64,000 nt of DNA from Geosiphon pyriformis uo1. Taxonomy: Eukaryota > Fungi > Glomeromycota. The notes beneath the pieces were generated by a model, which was not told where the DNA came from, searched no databases, and was given only the letters and a program-made list of their open reading frames with translations. The DNA is taken from assembly GCA_016748015.1 (NCBI GenBank), contig JAAOMT010000183.1:62001-126000 (forward strand), given 5' to 3'. Shown here one piece after another: positions 26,355-39,600 of this stretch. The position numbers and the translations under genes were made by a program. Position 1 is the stretch's first letter, and each line of letters begins with the position of its first letter.

Positions 26355-29300
26355 GTTTTGGTAATGTTCATGGAACTCTTCTGGTTCCAGAAAATTTATG
26401 ACTGGCTCTGCATCTTAGTCAAGCTCAATGGGTTCTGATGGGTTGTTTTTAATTGTCCTGATTTCTTCTGGCGATGTGCCTTCAATTTTGGCAATTTCTA
26501 TTTGCCATAATTCATCATTATCGTGTGAACAACTGTCTAATCACTGTACAGCTCTTCTCCAGGTGGCTTCTATGGGTGTTCCTTTCTCAACCCAGTCACT
26601 AATGAGGATCATGTATTGGCAAGACATGTCACACATTTCTCCTCTTCCCAGAATGTTGTTCCACATTCCTTCATCAAGAAGAGTTTTTCCACAGGCTATA
26701 CATGGTGTATTATCCTATTTTCTTACTCGTTTTGGTCTTCCAAAATGTTTAACATGGCATGTGTGGCAATAGAACTTGGTTGCCATCTGATATTCTTCAT
26801 CATCACCACAGCATGTGCCCATTGATGACAATTTCTTGCTGCAATCAATGCATATCAGTTTGGGTCGGCAATAGGTTAATAATTGTTGTTGACCGTAGGT
26901 GTATGGGATATAAGTGTTGTTGGCTTGGGTGCTTTCTTCCTCCCTCTCTTTCCCTTTTCCCTTTTTTTCTTTCCACTCCCAACTCAATGGTTCTTCCTGT
27001 TTGTTGTTGGTCCAGGTCAAATCATCTGTTTTCCAGATCAGTTCCTCTTTTTGCTTTCCCTTAGGGTTGTCGTTCCATGCGAGTATTGGTGGTAGTTTGT
27101 TGTGGTCGGCATCGGCCCAGAAGACTTGATAAGCTTCCCAGGTAGGTTTCTCTTTCTCCTCTAGCTCTATCAATGGTTCTTCTCTTAAAGGAACCTTGAA
27201 GTGACCACATGTCGCTGGCATATGTGTGTGTTGATCATTGACACTTAGTTGGAGCTCTTGTATTGTCCAGTCCAAAACGGCGTTGGTTTTGAACAGCCAG
27301 TCATTACCAACTAAAGCTTGATATTAGGTGGCTTTCATCACCAAGACTTTGATGAGAGTGATGATGCCATTGACTTCAAATGAGAAGTCATCTATCTCGC
27401 CAATTGGGATTTTAGTCACTCCATCAGCAGTGATTATATGAGCATTAGCAGCCCGATCAACTCAGCGACCTAATTGGTCCATGAGTTGTCGCATGATAAT
27501 GCTGCCTACTGAACTGCTATTAAGGATGAGTTTGATCGGATGTCCATCTACTTTTGCATCCATGTATATTGCTGTGATGGGTTTCTCCTTAAGGGCAGCT
27601 CCACTGAATAATGGTAATTGAGATGGTCTCTTCAGTTTAAAAGGGAAGATGGCTGCTAATAATTTGTCATTGGTAACCATTGCTGGTGGGATGTTGTTGG
27701 TAAGTGTTGTTTGTTGGTCCGATTTCAAGTTGCTGGATGTGGCGTCTTCTGGGGTAATCAGGAGACTTAAATAGTGTTGGAAATTTGGGTGTTGGGTGGT
27801 ACTGGTACCCAAATTCCGAGAATGGAGTCCTAAGCTTTGGTGAGAGGAGCTGGGGATCGGTTGATGAACAACCATCATCAGTTTTCAATTTTGAGCAATT
27901 CTGGGTTTTGGGTTTTCTGATGTCATTGTAGCTGAGTTTTGGAGTGATGTTTAGATTGATGGCTGAGACTGATAAATTATTTAGAACTGTGGCTAATAAA
28001 TTACTGGAGGCTGCTGTTAATAAATTGTCAGTGGTTGTGGTTGATAAACTGAAGGTTGATATACTGGCAGTTGATAGATTGGTTACTGCATTATTAGCAA
28101 GTAGGTATTTTGATATTGGTCTTGATCTTGATTTGGATAAAAATTCAGCATTTGAAACTGGCGATTGGGGTTTCTGTATTGATTTCCCGATCATTGGCTG
28201 CTATAAGTATGGCAATTAACTCGAATATGGCCTTGTTTACCACAGTTGTGGCAGACACATATTTCTGGCTGCCACGGCAGGCTAGATGCTGTCGAGAGTG
28301 ATAGATGTGATTGATTTTGGAAACAATTCACATTTTCTGAATTATTGCATCATTGTGGTGGTTGATATATGGCGTGATTGTCAGTTAAGTATCCCTCTAG
28401 TTTCTGATTAATTGACTCACTGAATTGTTTCAGTTTGGAATCTAATTCAAATGATCTATTCATTACTAGGTTTACTGCTTGGGCATGGTTGGCTTCTAAC
28501 TCAGCTGCTTCAAAATCTCTGGCATGAGTAATGGCAGTAGGGAGGTCAACTAGATGCATTGGACGTACTCGCTGAAGGAGGTTACTGCACAACCCTTTAA
28601 TAAATTGGTTCAAAATTTGTGGTGCTGTAAAATAGTCAGCTTAAATTGCTTGGATCTGGCGCAGGTTTCTATGAAAGCGTCCCAAGTAAGTGGTGACTGC
28701 TTCAGTATCTCCTTGTTTGATGGTGGTGAAGAGGTTGGCTAACTTGTTGATGCTGTTATTGTTGCTGAAATATCTTACAAATTCCATCTTAAAGTCATTG
28801 AAGGTTTGGGGTTTGATAGCTAGACTTTGATACCATGCATCTATGGTGTCCTTTAGAAAGTATGGGATGGCTTAAAGTGCTTGGCTGTCATTTCATCCGT
28901 TCGCAGTGATGGCTTTCTCTACATTGTTCAGTCATACTTGCACATTGTTTTCTTTGCCGGTAAAGTTGTTAAGTTTTGTGATTGGTGCATAGGCCATTGG
29001 ATCTAAATTGGGTTGTTGTGGTGGCTGTTGGAGCAGTTGTTGTTGTACTGGTTGTTGGGGTGATAGTTGAAATGGCTGTTGTATGGGTTTGGCTACTAGA
29101 TTAATCAGCGGTTGATTGATAATAATTATCAGAGGCAAGTTTTGCTGATTAATTAATTCGGGGTTTGGATTGTTCTGCCTTTGATGATTCGGAGTTTCGA
29201 TTTCCGAATTTTCTAGATTTAGATTTTGCTGAGCTTAAAGATTCAGGGTTTCAACTTCTGGGTTTTCAGTGATCGGGTTTTGGTAAGTAAATTCTTGATC

Positions 29301-30018
29301 TTCCAATTCTTTTTCCTCTTCTTCTTCAGATAGTTTCCATGATGTAGCAGTTCCAAAGTCTGGTTGAGGTGGTGGTGATTGAATTCCTGATGGAGTTGGT
29401 GATCATGATTTAAATCTTTCAAAATACACTCCATATGGTCCTAGCAAGTCTTTTTTCCATTGTTTGCTTTGGAACTGAAATCTTCCAAATGTTAATGTCA
29501 CGTTTGAAGTGGATGAGTCTGCTGATGAGATGTTGATGGCGCTTCCAGACATGTAGTGATATGATAGAGCAGTTGGTAATTCTACTCTGTGTTTTTTCCA
29601 ACTAGGTAACTGTATTCCTTTTGGTGTTGCTGCTGACGTTTGTATTCTTCTTTTACCTTTATCTGCATAGGTAATGGGAAATTGTTGTTGAGTGTACCTT
29701 TCAATAGTTTGGTTGATTTCTTTGATTATTGGTGCAAAACTATAGTTCTTTGGTAAGTTGGTGTGTTGGAATAATTCTGTGTAAAAGTTTTCTCTTGCTG
29801 CTTCAATGTTAACTGTTCCTCCTAAGCATTCAGTGATTTTGTTGTTGACATAAAAGTTGAAGGCTGATTCGGCTGGGTAATGATTACTGTTCAATCCTAA
29901 TTGTTAACTGTATTGTTGAAACAAGGATTTCACGAATCCTAAATGGTTTGCTCCTATATTTTCTGATTCTGCCACTTTTGGTTTGGTGTTGTTGGTGCTG
30001 GTTCTCTGTAGGATTATA

Positions 30019-30035
30019 CCTTACAGGGAGCACCA
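30019..30035 (-). promoter_or_regulatory. tRNA primer-binding site of Gypsy 1
   Basis: TGGTGCTCCCTGTAAGG, 2 nt downstream of the 5' LTR. Confidence 0.85.
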
Positions 30036-30037
30036 AA

Positions 30038-30874
30038 TGTTACAGGTGATTTTTTCTGCTGTGGAATTGAATAACAAATCTGTAACTTGGTGCTCAAAAG
30101 CTATCTCTGTTGATAATATTCTGAAGTGTTGTATCTAAAAGTTTTGATGGAGTCCTTTGTATAATAGACAGAGATTCAATAAGGGTTTTATCTGTAACTT
30201 CTCAGACTCGCAAGTCTGTCAATTTTTTTCTCGGCTTGGTGGCTGGCAATCCTCTGGTAAGTAATCTGTATCTTTTGTACATGTCCTACCCACTCGCAGG
30301 GGTCTTTTACCAGGCAATCCTTGACATCAGTAATCAGCACTTTTAATCAATTGGTTAGTGCACAATAACAAAATCAAAGAAAATAAAAAAAATAAAGAAA
30401 TATAAAGAAAAAAGCCAAAGCGATTTGCAAATTTAGTATTCTGTCAATAGCCGTGATCAAGAGCTATTGTTCCAGTATGGTTAAGTATTAATTACTATCA
30501 ACATGGAGTGTTGATAGTGAGGAGTGGATTGAGATATGAAATAATTATTTATTTGATGATTGTGTTTCCGAACTAAGGATTCTGTCATATCAATTCTGTC
30601 TTTTCTGTTTCTAATACTACTGCTATATATACATAATTGAGATTCCTCAATTCCTCGATTCTTCACGACAGGAATTCTGGAATTCCTGGAATCCTGCGAT
30701 TTCTTTGAGAGGAATCCTGGAATTCTGGAATCCTGCAATTCCTCATTGGGAAATCCTAAAATTCCTGGAATCCTGCAATTCCTGAGAAGAATCCTAGAAT
30801 TCCACATTTATTACGCCTATTTCTGATTGGCTAATAATCATGCTAATATATTTTCTATATTTCTATGAGTAACA
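30038..30874 (-). repeat. 5' LTR of Gypsy 1
   Basis: Direct repeat of 20396-21232 with TGTTA...TAACA ends; differences seen are almost all transitions. Confidence 0.95.
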
Positions 30875-32832
30875 TCACCTTTTGTTGGCTTTGTGTTTAA
30901 TATGTAAGAATTCTGGTCATACATCTCTCACTTGTAAATCGGTTAAGGTTGGGTCAATTTCCAGAGGCAAGAAAGCCCCTCTTTCAGCCCAAGACCAGTT
31001 CAGATTGGCAAAGATTTATGAGAAAAAGTTAGTGTCTATCTCTTGTTCTCTGGCTTTTGATAGAAAGACTTGGGCGTCAGTAATTGGTGCTCTTCCTACA
31101 GGTTTTCTTCGTGGTATTCACTCTTTTCTTGGTTTCAATGATAATGATAAACCTTTCCCTTCTGGTGTGAATAATTTAGAAATATGATTGGTCAATATTG
31201 AAAGCAGTTTTACCAGTCTTGCGGGACAAATTAGTGAGTTGGCTAAGAGGTTGTACTCTTTCATGCTGGCAGTTTTCCAGCCTAGCTCTGGATGTTAGCT
31301 GCCGGTAACCCCTTCTTCACAGAATCTGGAGGGTAATATAGTAATAAGAGTGGGCTCAAGTGAGACCACTGGTGGTAAGGCTGCTATGGTTTTGAATTCA
31401 TCTGTGTCCCCCCATGTGATCAAGTTAGAAAATATGCTGAAGGGCTTTTTTGTTTCTGTTCTGAGCCTGTCTGTTCAATTTGATAGTCTGGTTCTGGCTG
31501 ATGATGCACTTCTCTGACCCTCTTTTTAATAAACATTTTAATTTGAAAAGTTGCAACTTGCAACATTAAAGGAATAAACAATTCTGTGAAACAGGATGAT
31601 ATCATATGTTGGCATAAAGACATAAACAACTTAATTTCAATTTTTATGGAATCAAAACTAAAGGGGAAGATTCACCTATGGATTGCTAATAAGTTTGATG
31701 GTGTTTGGGTCTTCACTTCTGGTTTGGAATCTGGTCATTTGGGTGTTGGTGTTGTTGTCATTATGGATTTTTATTTGGTAAGACACGTGAGCAGAGTTTC
31801 TGAGGTGTCTGGTTAGCTTCTCTTCATTAAACTGCTTTTCAAGGATAAGATTTTGGTGTCAATTTTGGGACTTTATACTGGTGCTTCTTCAGTAGTTCAA
31901 TTCTCTCAGGCTGGTAAGATCAACTCTTTTATTGCAAAGACAATAAATGAATCATCTTTGGTCATTCTCAGTGGTGATTTCAATGAAGATAGCTCTCATA
32001 AGTGTGTGAGTTTCAGAAAGTATGCTGATTTAGGGCTTGTTAATTCTTTAACTGTAGCCTGGCCACCAAAAAACCTACTTGGTCGAACTCTAGGGGAGTC
32101 ATAAAGACAATTGACTTTATATTTGTTTCCCCAAACCTGATTAATACAATAGTGCACCAAGAAGTTTTGGAAGTCAGTAAGTATTTTAACACAGATTACA
32201 AGGCAGTTTCTATGTCTGTGGGTCTTAGTGGCCTTTTAGACACATGGTTGAACTCTCTTTGCAAACAGATAAATAAAGATTGGTAGAAGTTTAATTTCAA
32301 AAATGCTGGTGAAGATAAGTGGAATGATTTCAAGGATGTTACAATAGCCAACATGGCGATGTTCTCAAATGAGTTTGCTGTAGCTTCAAGGTTCTCAGAC
32401 TTGGACACAATGTGGGATGTTATTCGAAAAGTTATGGTGTTTTTGGCTAATGAAATATTCAAAAAAAAATGGTTCAAGGACAATGATCACATCTTTACCA
32501 AGGGGTCTTCAAGGTTTCACAGATTGGAACTTCTAGTTTCAAAGATTGTTAGAGTTTCTTGTGAAGATGGTGTTAATAATTTTGTTTTTTTTATGAAATG
32601 TTGGTGTTCTTTGAACAGTGCTAGGGCCTCAAATGTTTAGGATTTGGTGGACTCTGATGCTTCTTTTGATTGTGTTTGTTCTGCCCTCTCTAGAGCTAAA
32701 AAATTTTATTGTGCTTTGAAGCTGGCGGAATCTCTGAAAGCTAAAGAGGTGGACATTAAATCTGCTATTAACAAAAGGATGGAAAGCTTTGAGACAGATA
32801 AAGACCATACTATCAAGAGTATATTAGAGCAT

Positions 32833-33620
32833 TATTACTCATAAAAAGAAAAACAGATATAGGGAAAATAGTAGACCAATAAGCAAATAGTATGTAGCAT
32901 GTGAGCACATTGTTCAGCAATATAGAACAATGATAGAAATCATGGCACATTGCTCAAAAAATCATAGCACATTGCTCAGGAATGTGAGTGATCTTGTAAA
33001 ATATCAATTATGTATATAATAGTGGTAGTGTTAGAAGTAGAAAGAGCAGAATTCTTTAGTTAGAAATCTTCCATCCACAAATATTAAATAAATAAATCAT
33101 TCACCATCCAAATTCACTCTCCACTATCAACACTTCATGTTGATAGTAATTGATACTTAACCACACTGAAACAATAGCTCTTGATTATGGCTATTAATAA
33201 GATACTAACTTGCACATTGCCTTGGCTCATTTCTTTATTTTTCTTTTATTTTCTTTCTTTTTTTTATTTTTTTGTTGTATATTAACTAATTAAGGATTGA
33301 AGCACTGAGTAATTGACATTACAGATAGTCTGGTAAAAGACCCAGAAATAAGGATAAAATTATATATATATTAATAGATAACTTACCAGAAAGACATAAC
33401 TGCCAAAATAAACTGGCCACCAAGCTGAAGACAGAAATTGGAAACACCACTCACCAACCAACCACATTGTTATTGAATTTCTGTCCATTATACAAAAGAT
33501 TCCACTCTAAAAACCTTCAGATACAACCCCCATATCAGTATTACCAGCATTGTCAAGATATTAAACACCAAGTTACAAATTTGTTATTTGATTTGAAATC
33601 CCAAATAATTATCTGTAACA
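32833..33620 (+). repeat. 5' LTR of Gypsy 2 (788 bp)
   Basis: T(A)TTACT...GTAACA; lacks 70 bp of the gcacattgctcagcaatat-type U3 repeats present in the 3' LTR. Confidence 0.93.
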
Positions 33621-36600
33621 TTTGGTGCTTCCTGTGAAGTATAATTCTACAGAAAACAGCACCAACCACAATTATCTAAAAGTGACAATCTTAGAAATTA
33701 TAAGAACAAACCATTTAGGATTCGCCAAATTCTTATTTCAACAGTACAGTTAACAATTAGGCTTAACCAACAACCATTATCCAGCAGAATCTGCTTTCAA
33801 CTTTTACGTCAACAAAAAGATCACAGACTGCCTAGAAGAAACAGTTGACATTGAATCAGCAAGAGAAAACTTTTATACAGAATTATTTCAACATACCAGT
33901 TTACCAAGAAACTACAGTTTTACACCAATCATTAGGGAAATCAATCAAATCATTAAAAGGTACACCCAACAACAATTTCCCATTACTTATGCAGACAAAG
34001 ACAAAGGAAGATTGCAAACCCCAGCTGTAATACCAAAACAAATACAACCACTCAATTGAAAAAAAACCCAAGTTGAATCACTCACCAATCCATCATACCA
34101 TTATATACCAGAAAGTGCCATCAACATCTTATTAACAGATGCATCCACATCACATGTGACATCAACATTTGGCCGACTCCTATTCCAAAGTAAATAAAAG
34201 AAAGCAGAGTTATTAGAAACTTATGATGATTATTTTGAAAGATTTAAATTGCAATTACCAATGCCATCAAAATTCCAATCACCACCATCTCAACCAGATT
34301 TCAGAAACACAAGTCTTTGGGAAATAACAAAATCAGAAGAAGAGAAAGAAGAAAAATCTGAAGATCAAGAATTTAATTACCAAAACTTGATCATGGAAAA
34401 CTTGAAATTTGGAACTCTGAATCTTCAAACCCAAAAAAATTCAAATTTAGAAAATTCAGAAATCGAAACTCCGAATATTCAACCACTGCCAAATCAGAAC
34501 AATCAAAACTCTGATCTAATTAATCAACCAGACCTACCTTTTGTTATCGTCATTAACCCACCACCAGTTAAACCAATTGGCCAGCCACTACAACAACCAC
34601 ACCAGTAGATTCAACAGCCACTAGTACCATTTCAACAACCACCACAACTCAACTTAGATCCAATGACATATGTACCAATAGCCAAACTTGAAAAATTCAC
34701 TGGTAAAGAGGATAACGCCCAAGTATAACTAAATGATGTGAAGAAAGCCATTGCAGCTAATGAATGGAATGATGCCAAAACCATGCAAGCCATCCCATAT
34801 TTTCTCCAAGATACTGCTGATTCATGGTACCAAAGCCTGGTCAACAAACTCCAAGATTTCAATGCATTCAAAATTGAGTTTTTAAGATACTTTAGCAACT
34901 ATAACAGTATTAACAGACTAGTAAACACATTTACTACCATCAAACAAGGAGAAAATAAAGCAGTCACTACTTACTTAGGACACTTCCACAGAAATCTGCA
35001 CCAGATTCAAGCCATCAACGCCAATTATTTCACAGTGGCCTAAATCTTAAATCAGTTTATTCATGGATTATGCAGTAGTATCCTACAATGCATATGTCTA
35101 TTACATCTCATCAATTTGCAAGTAGCCATTACAAATGCCTAAGATTTTAAAGCCACTAAACTCGAAGCTAACTATGCCCAAGCCGTTAATTTAGTAATGA
35201 ATGGATTATCTGAATTGGATTCCAAATTGAAACAATTTAGTGATTCCATTAATCAGAAATTATAGAGATACTTAGCTAACAATTGTGCAATTTATTAACC
35301 ACCACAACAACACAATAATTCTAGAAACGCAAATCATTTCCAGAATCAGTCATGTCCATTATTGTTGACCAATCAACAGTGGCAACAAAAAATGCATGTT
35401 TGCTATTATTGTGGTAAACAAGGACACCTACAAATTGATTGCTGCCATCGCTTAAATAACCAATGATCAGGAAATCAATATTGAAACCCCAATCACTAGT
35501 TTCAAATCCCGAATAATCTACTAAACTCAGAACCATATTATCAGAATTACACACCTATAATGCAGTAGCCACTTTATCAACCACCAGTATATCAAGTGCC
35601 AATTTATTAACCAACAACACTGACAATTTATCAGCCGCCGTTACAACCCATTTATTAGCTGCAGCTTTAGGTAATCTATTAGCCCCAACAAATTTAACAC
35701 TGCCACAGAACTTACCTCAAAATGGAACCCAAAGGCCGAGATTGACTCAACAAAGCTGGAAATCATCAATGGTAGTTTACCAACTGATCCCCAGTTCTTC
35801 CACACAACCAGCAGGATCTTGACAACAGAATTTGGGCACTGGGTATGCCCAAAACCTGAATTCTCAGAACTATTTAAGTCTTCTGGTTACCCAAGAAGAT
35901 GCCCAACCCAATAATCTGGAGACCAATCAACAACCAACACTTACCAGCAACATTTCGTCAGCTACCATCATTGAGAACAAATCACTGGATGCCATCTTCT
36001 TGTTTAAACTTGAAGAACCATCAACCACACCATTATTTAATGGAGCCTTCTGAAAGAAAAACCTATTACTGTCATGTATACTAATGCCAAAATTGATGCC
36101 ACTCCATCAAACTGATTCTAGACAGTGGATCAGCTGGCAGCATCATTACAAAACAACTTATGGACCAATTAGGTTACTGAGTTGATCGCACTACCAATGC
36201 CAGAATCATAACTGCTAATGGAGTAACAAAACTCTCATTAGTAAGATTGATGACTTCTCTATCAAAGTCAACAGTATCATGGTTCCAATCAAAGTACTGG
36301 TCATAGAAGCCACCCAATATCAAGCACTCATTGGTAATGATTGGCTATCTAAAACCAATGTATTGCTTGATTAGAATATGCAGGAGCTTCAAATTAGCCA
36401 GAACAGCCGACACACATGCATACCAGCCATGTGTGGTTATTTCAAGACTATCAACTTAACAATATTACTTATCGAATTTAAGAAAGAGGAAAAGAAACCT
36501 ACTTGAAAAGCCTACCAAGTTTCTTGGGCCAACACCGAACACAACAAGCTGCCACCAGTACCTTCATAGAATGACAACAGCAAAAAAAAGCAGAGTAAAA

Positions 36601-39600
36601 AACTTACCTGGAAAGCTGACCAAGTCTGGGAAACCAACAATGACCAAGAAAAACAAATAAATTGGAAATAGAAAGAAGACAAAAAGGGAAAAGGAAAGAG
36701 GAAGGAAGAAGAATCAACAACTAACAGCAATCCCACATATAATTTCTACACTACACCCCACCAATCTACTTATCATCACCCAAAACTGGTATGCATTAAT
36801 TGTGGTAAGAAATTGTCATTAATGGGCACTTGTTGTGACAACAATGAGAAGCACACTTTGGCAACAAAATTCTATTGCTGCCCATACATTATTGAACACT
36901 TTGAAAGGCCAAAATGGGTTGGGAAATGGGACAATAAATCATGCTTGGCTTGTGGAGAAACTTTTCTGGACAAAAGAATGTGGAATGACATTCTTGGGCA
37001 AGGAACGTGCAATGAATCATGTCAATACATGATTCTTATAAACAACTAGGTAAAAAAAAAATGCCCATAGATGCTGTCTGGAGACAAGCCATCAAATGTC
37101 TGGATGAATGTTCACATAACAATGACAAAATCTGGCAAATGACACTCACCAAAATCGAAAGAGCAACACCAGAAGAGATAAAAACAATTAAAAATAACCC
37201 ACCTGAACCTATAGAACTTGACTGAGACCCAGAACCAGTCATAAATCTCCTAGATCCAGAACGATTCCATGAATATTATCAAGAGCTAGCACCTACGAGA
37301 GAAGAGCAGAAGCAACACTTGGAAGAAATAAATACAAGACTATGTAACCATTGTTTTATTCTCTGTGACTTCCAATACTGTAATGAATGTAACCTCATTT
37401 ACAATCTACCACCACACATGATCTACACAATCCCAGAAGAAGACAAACCAATCAGTAGCTGCACATTGGAATTGGAATCAGTTTTTAATTCCGATTTAAA
37501 CTCTGACAATGATGACAACAAAAATAACAGTTCCAGCTCCACTCAACATAGTAACAAAAATAACAATGATTTGAATTTCGATTCAAATCCTGAAACATTT
37601 ATCGCACTTCCTGACCTCACCAAAAAGCAGAGACTGAAATGGTTTAGCGATAACAATGAAAATATCATGCCAGAATGTGCTCATGATACTGATGCAAAGT
37701 TTGATTTGAGATATTCAGAAAAAAATGCCATAAAATTGGAACCCCATTCACGCATCTACATTGATCTCAAAATAGCACTGGAAATCCCAGCAACAACTAT
37801 GGTTTAACTAGCATCTAGGAGTAGCTTGGCAAAAAAGAAAATCAACATCAGAAGAGGGATAATTAACACAGGATATGTAGAAAATATCATTACTATGCTA
37901 CAAAATGACTCTGAAAAAGCCTATATCATAGAGCCAAATGAAAAGATAACACAAGCAATATTCCTACCTCTGGTGAAAATAGCTCAATTAGTGTCAGTGG
38001 AAAACAGAAAGAAATTAAGAATTACAGCTAAAGGAATACAGGGATTCAGATTAACAGGTAGAATAAATATATCAGTTAATATGGCAGAGAAAAAAATTGT
38101 TGACAAAAGAGAAATTATTTCAACCTGTCAAACAATTTTCATTCTACTATATGACCAGTATATGTAGCCATAAAAAGAGAAATAAAGAATCAAGCTCAAT
38201 TGTTTGAAGCAGAAGCCACCATTTGTAAATCAGGAGAGATTGAACTCACCAATCTCTACATCTCAACCAACAGTCCCAAAAACATTAAAATTCCCATCTA
38301 CAACACAACTGGAAACATTATTGAAATACCAAAAGAAACCATTATTGGATATTTAACCACCAAAGTTGAGGATTAATCACCAAACCACATTTCAGATTTT
38401 CCACAGCTTTGTAGATATGTAGACATTACATCACAAACCATCTATGGACAAAGTGAATGTTATCTACTCCAACCAAAACAATTGGAACAAATAAACATGA
38501 GAAATTTAGATCCATTTCAACAGATGCAACTCAAAATGTTACTCAACAATTTCAATGACATCTTTGCTAGTGAAAATAAATTTGGCTGAACCAACATTAT
38601 TCAACATCAGATCAAAACTGGAGATGTAATGCCAATTAAACAAAGAGCATACAGAGTATTACCAGCTAGTCATGAGATCATTTGTTAAGAAATCAACTGA
38701 ATGCTTGACAACAGGCTAATTCAGCCATCAATGAATTCATGGTTGTCACCAGTAGTACTAGTCTATAAAAAAAATAAAAAAATCCATTTTTGTGTAAATT
38801 ACCAGAAACTAAATAGAGTAACTAAAGGTGATGCTACCTAACTCCAAAGATCCAAAAATTATTCGATGCTTTTGGTGGAAATAAATGGTTCTTAACATTA
38901 GATTTAAATAGTAGATACTGATAAGTAGCCATGAATCCAGCTGACAAAGAAAAAACAGCATTTACCACAAGAGAAGGAAATTTTGAGTTTGAAGTTATGC
39001 CATTTGGCTTAATGAATGCTCCAGCCACATTTCAACAACTTATGGAAATTGTTTATACCAGACTACTATGAAAATTAGTAGTCATATATTTAAATGACAC
39101 CAATATGTTCTCAAAAACATTTGATGATCATCTGCATTATCTTTAACAAGTATTCAAAAGATTAAGAAAAGCTGAATTGAAACTAAATGCAACTAAATGT
39201 TTCTTTGGAAAAACTGAATTCAAGTTTTTGGGACATATAGTAAGCAAAAATGGAATCAAAACAGATCCAGACAAGATTGAAGTAGTTAAAAACTTTTCAG
39301 TACCAGCCAACTTGCCAAAACTAAGGGCATTTTTGGGATTCACAGGCTACTATTGCCACTTCATCAAGGATTTTTCTAAACTAGCTTAGCCACTTCACCA
39401 TTTACAAACCAAAAATATGAAGTATAAATAAACTAAAGCTCAACAAAAAGCATTTGACACATTGAAAAAAAAGCTTATCCAAGCTCCAGTATTGATGTAT
39501 TCAGATTACAACAAACCATTCATTATTACTACTGATGCATCAGATCAAGCATTGGGAGCAGTACTATCACAGAAAGAACCAGATGGAAGAGAATATCCAG

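Larger units (their letters stand above)
20396..30874 (-). mobile_element. Ty3/Gypsy LTR retrotransposon 1, full length, degenerate, dUTPase-bearing
   Basis: Two 837-bp LTRs, 4-bp TSD tcgc/tcac, PBS and PPT. Order on the minus strand: gag, protease, Cys-rich block, dUTPase (~25580-25960), RT (YLDD 24550-24561), RNase H, integrase (22454-23695), extra ORF. Confidence 0.95.

Noticed and set aside
27667-28194. Separate Ser/Thr-rich ORF overlapping the gag-pol junction
   Set aside because: The low-complexity Q/P/Y region reads open in several frames; it cannot be distinguished from a gag-pol frameshift overlap or decay without a consensus.
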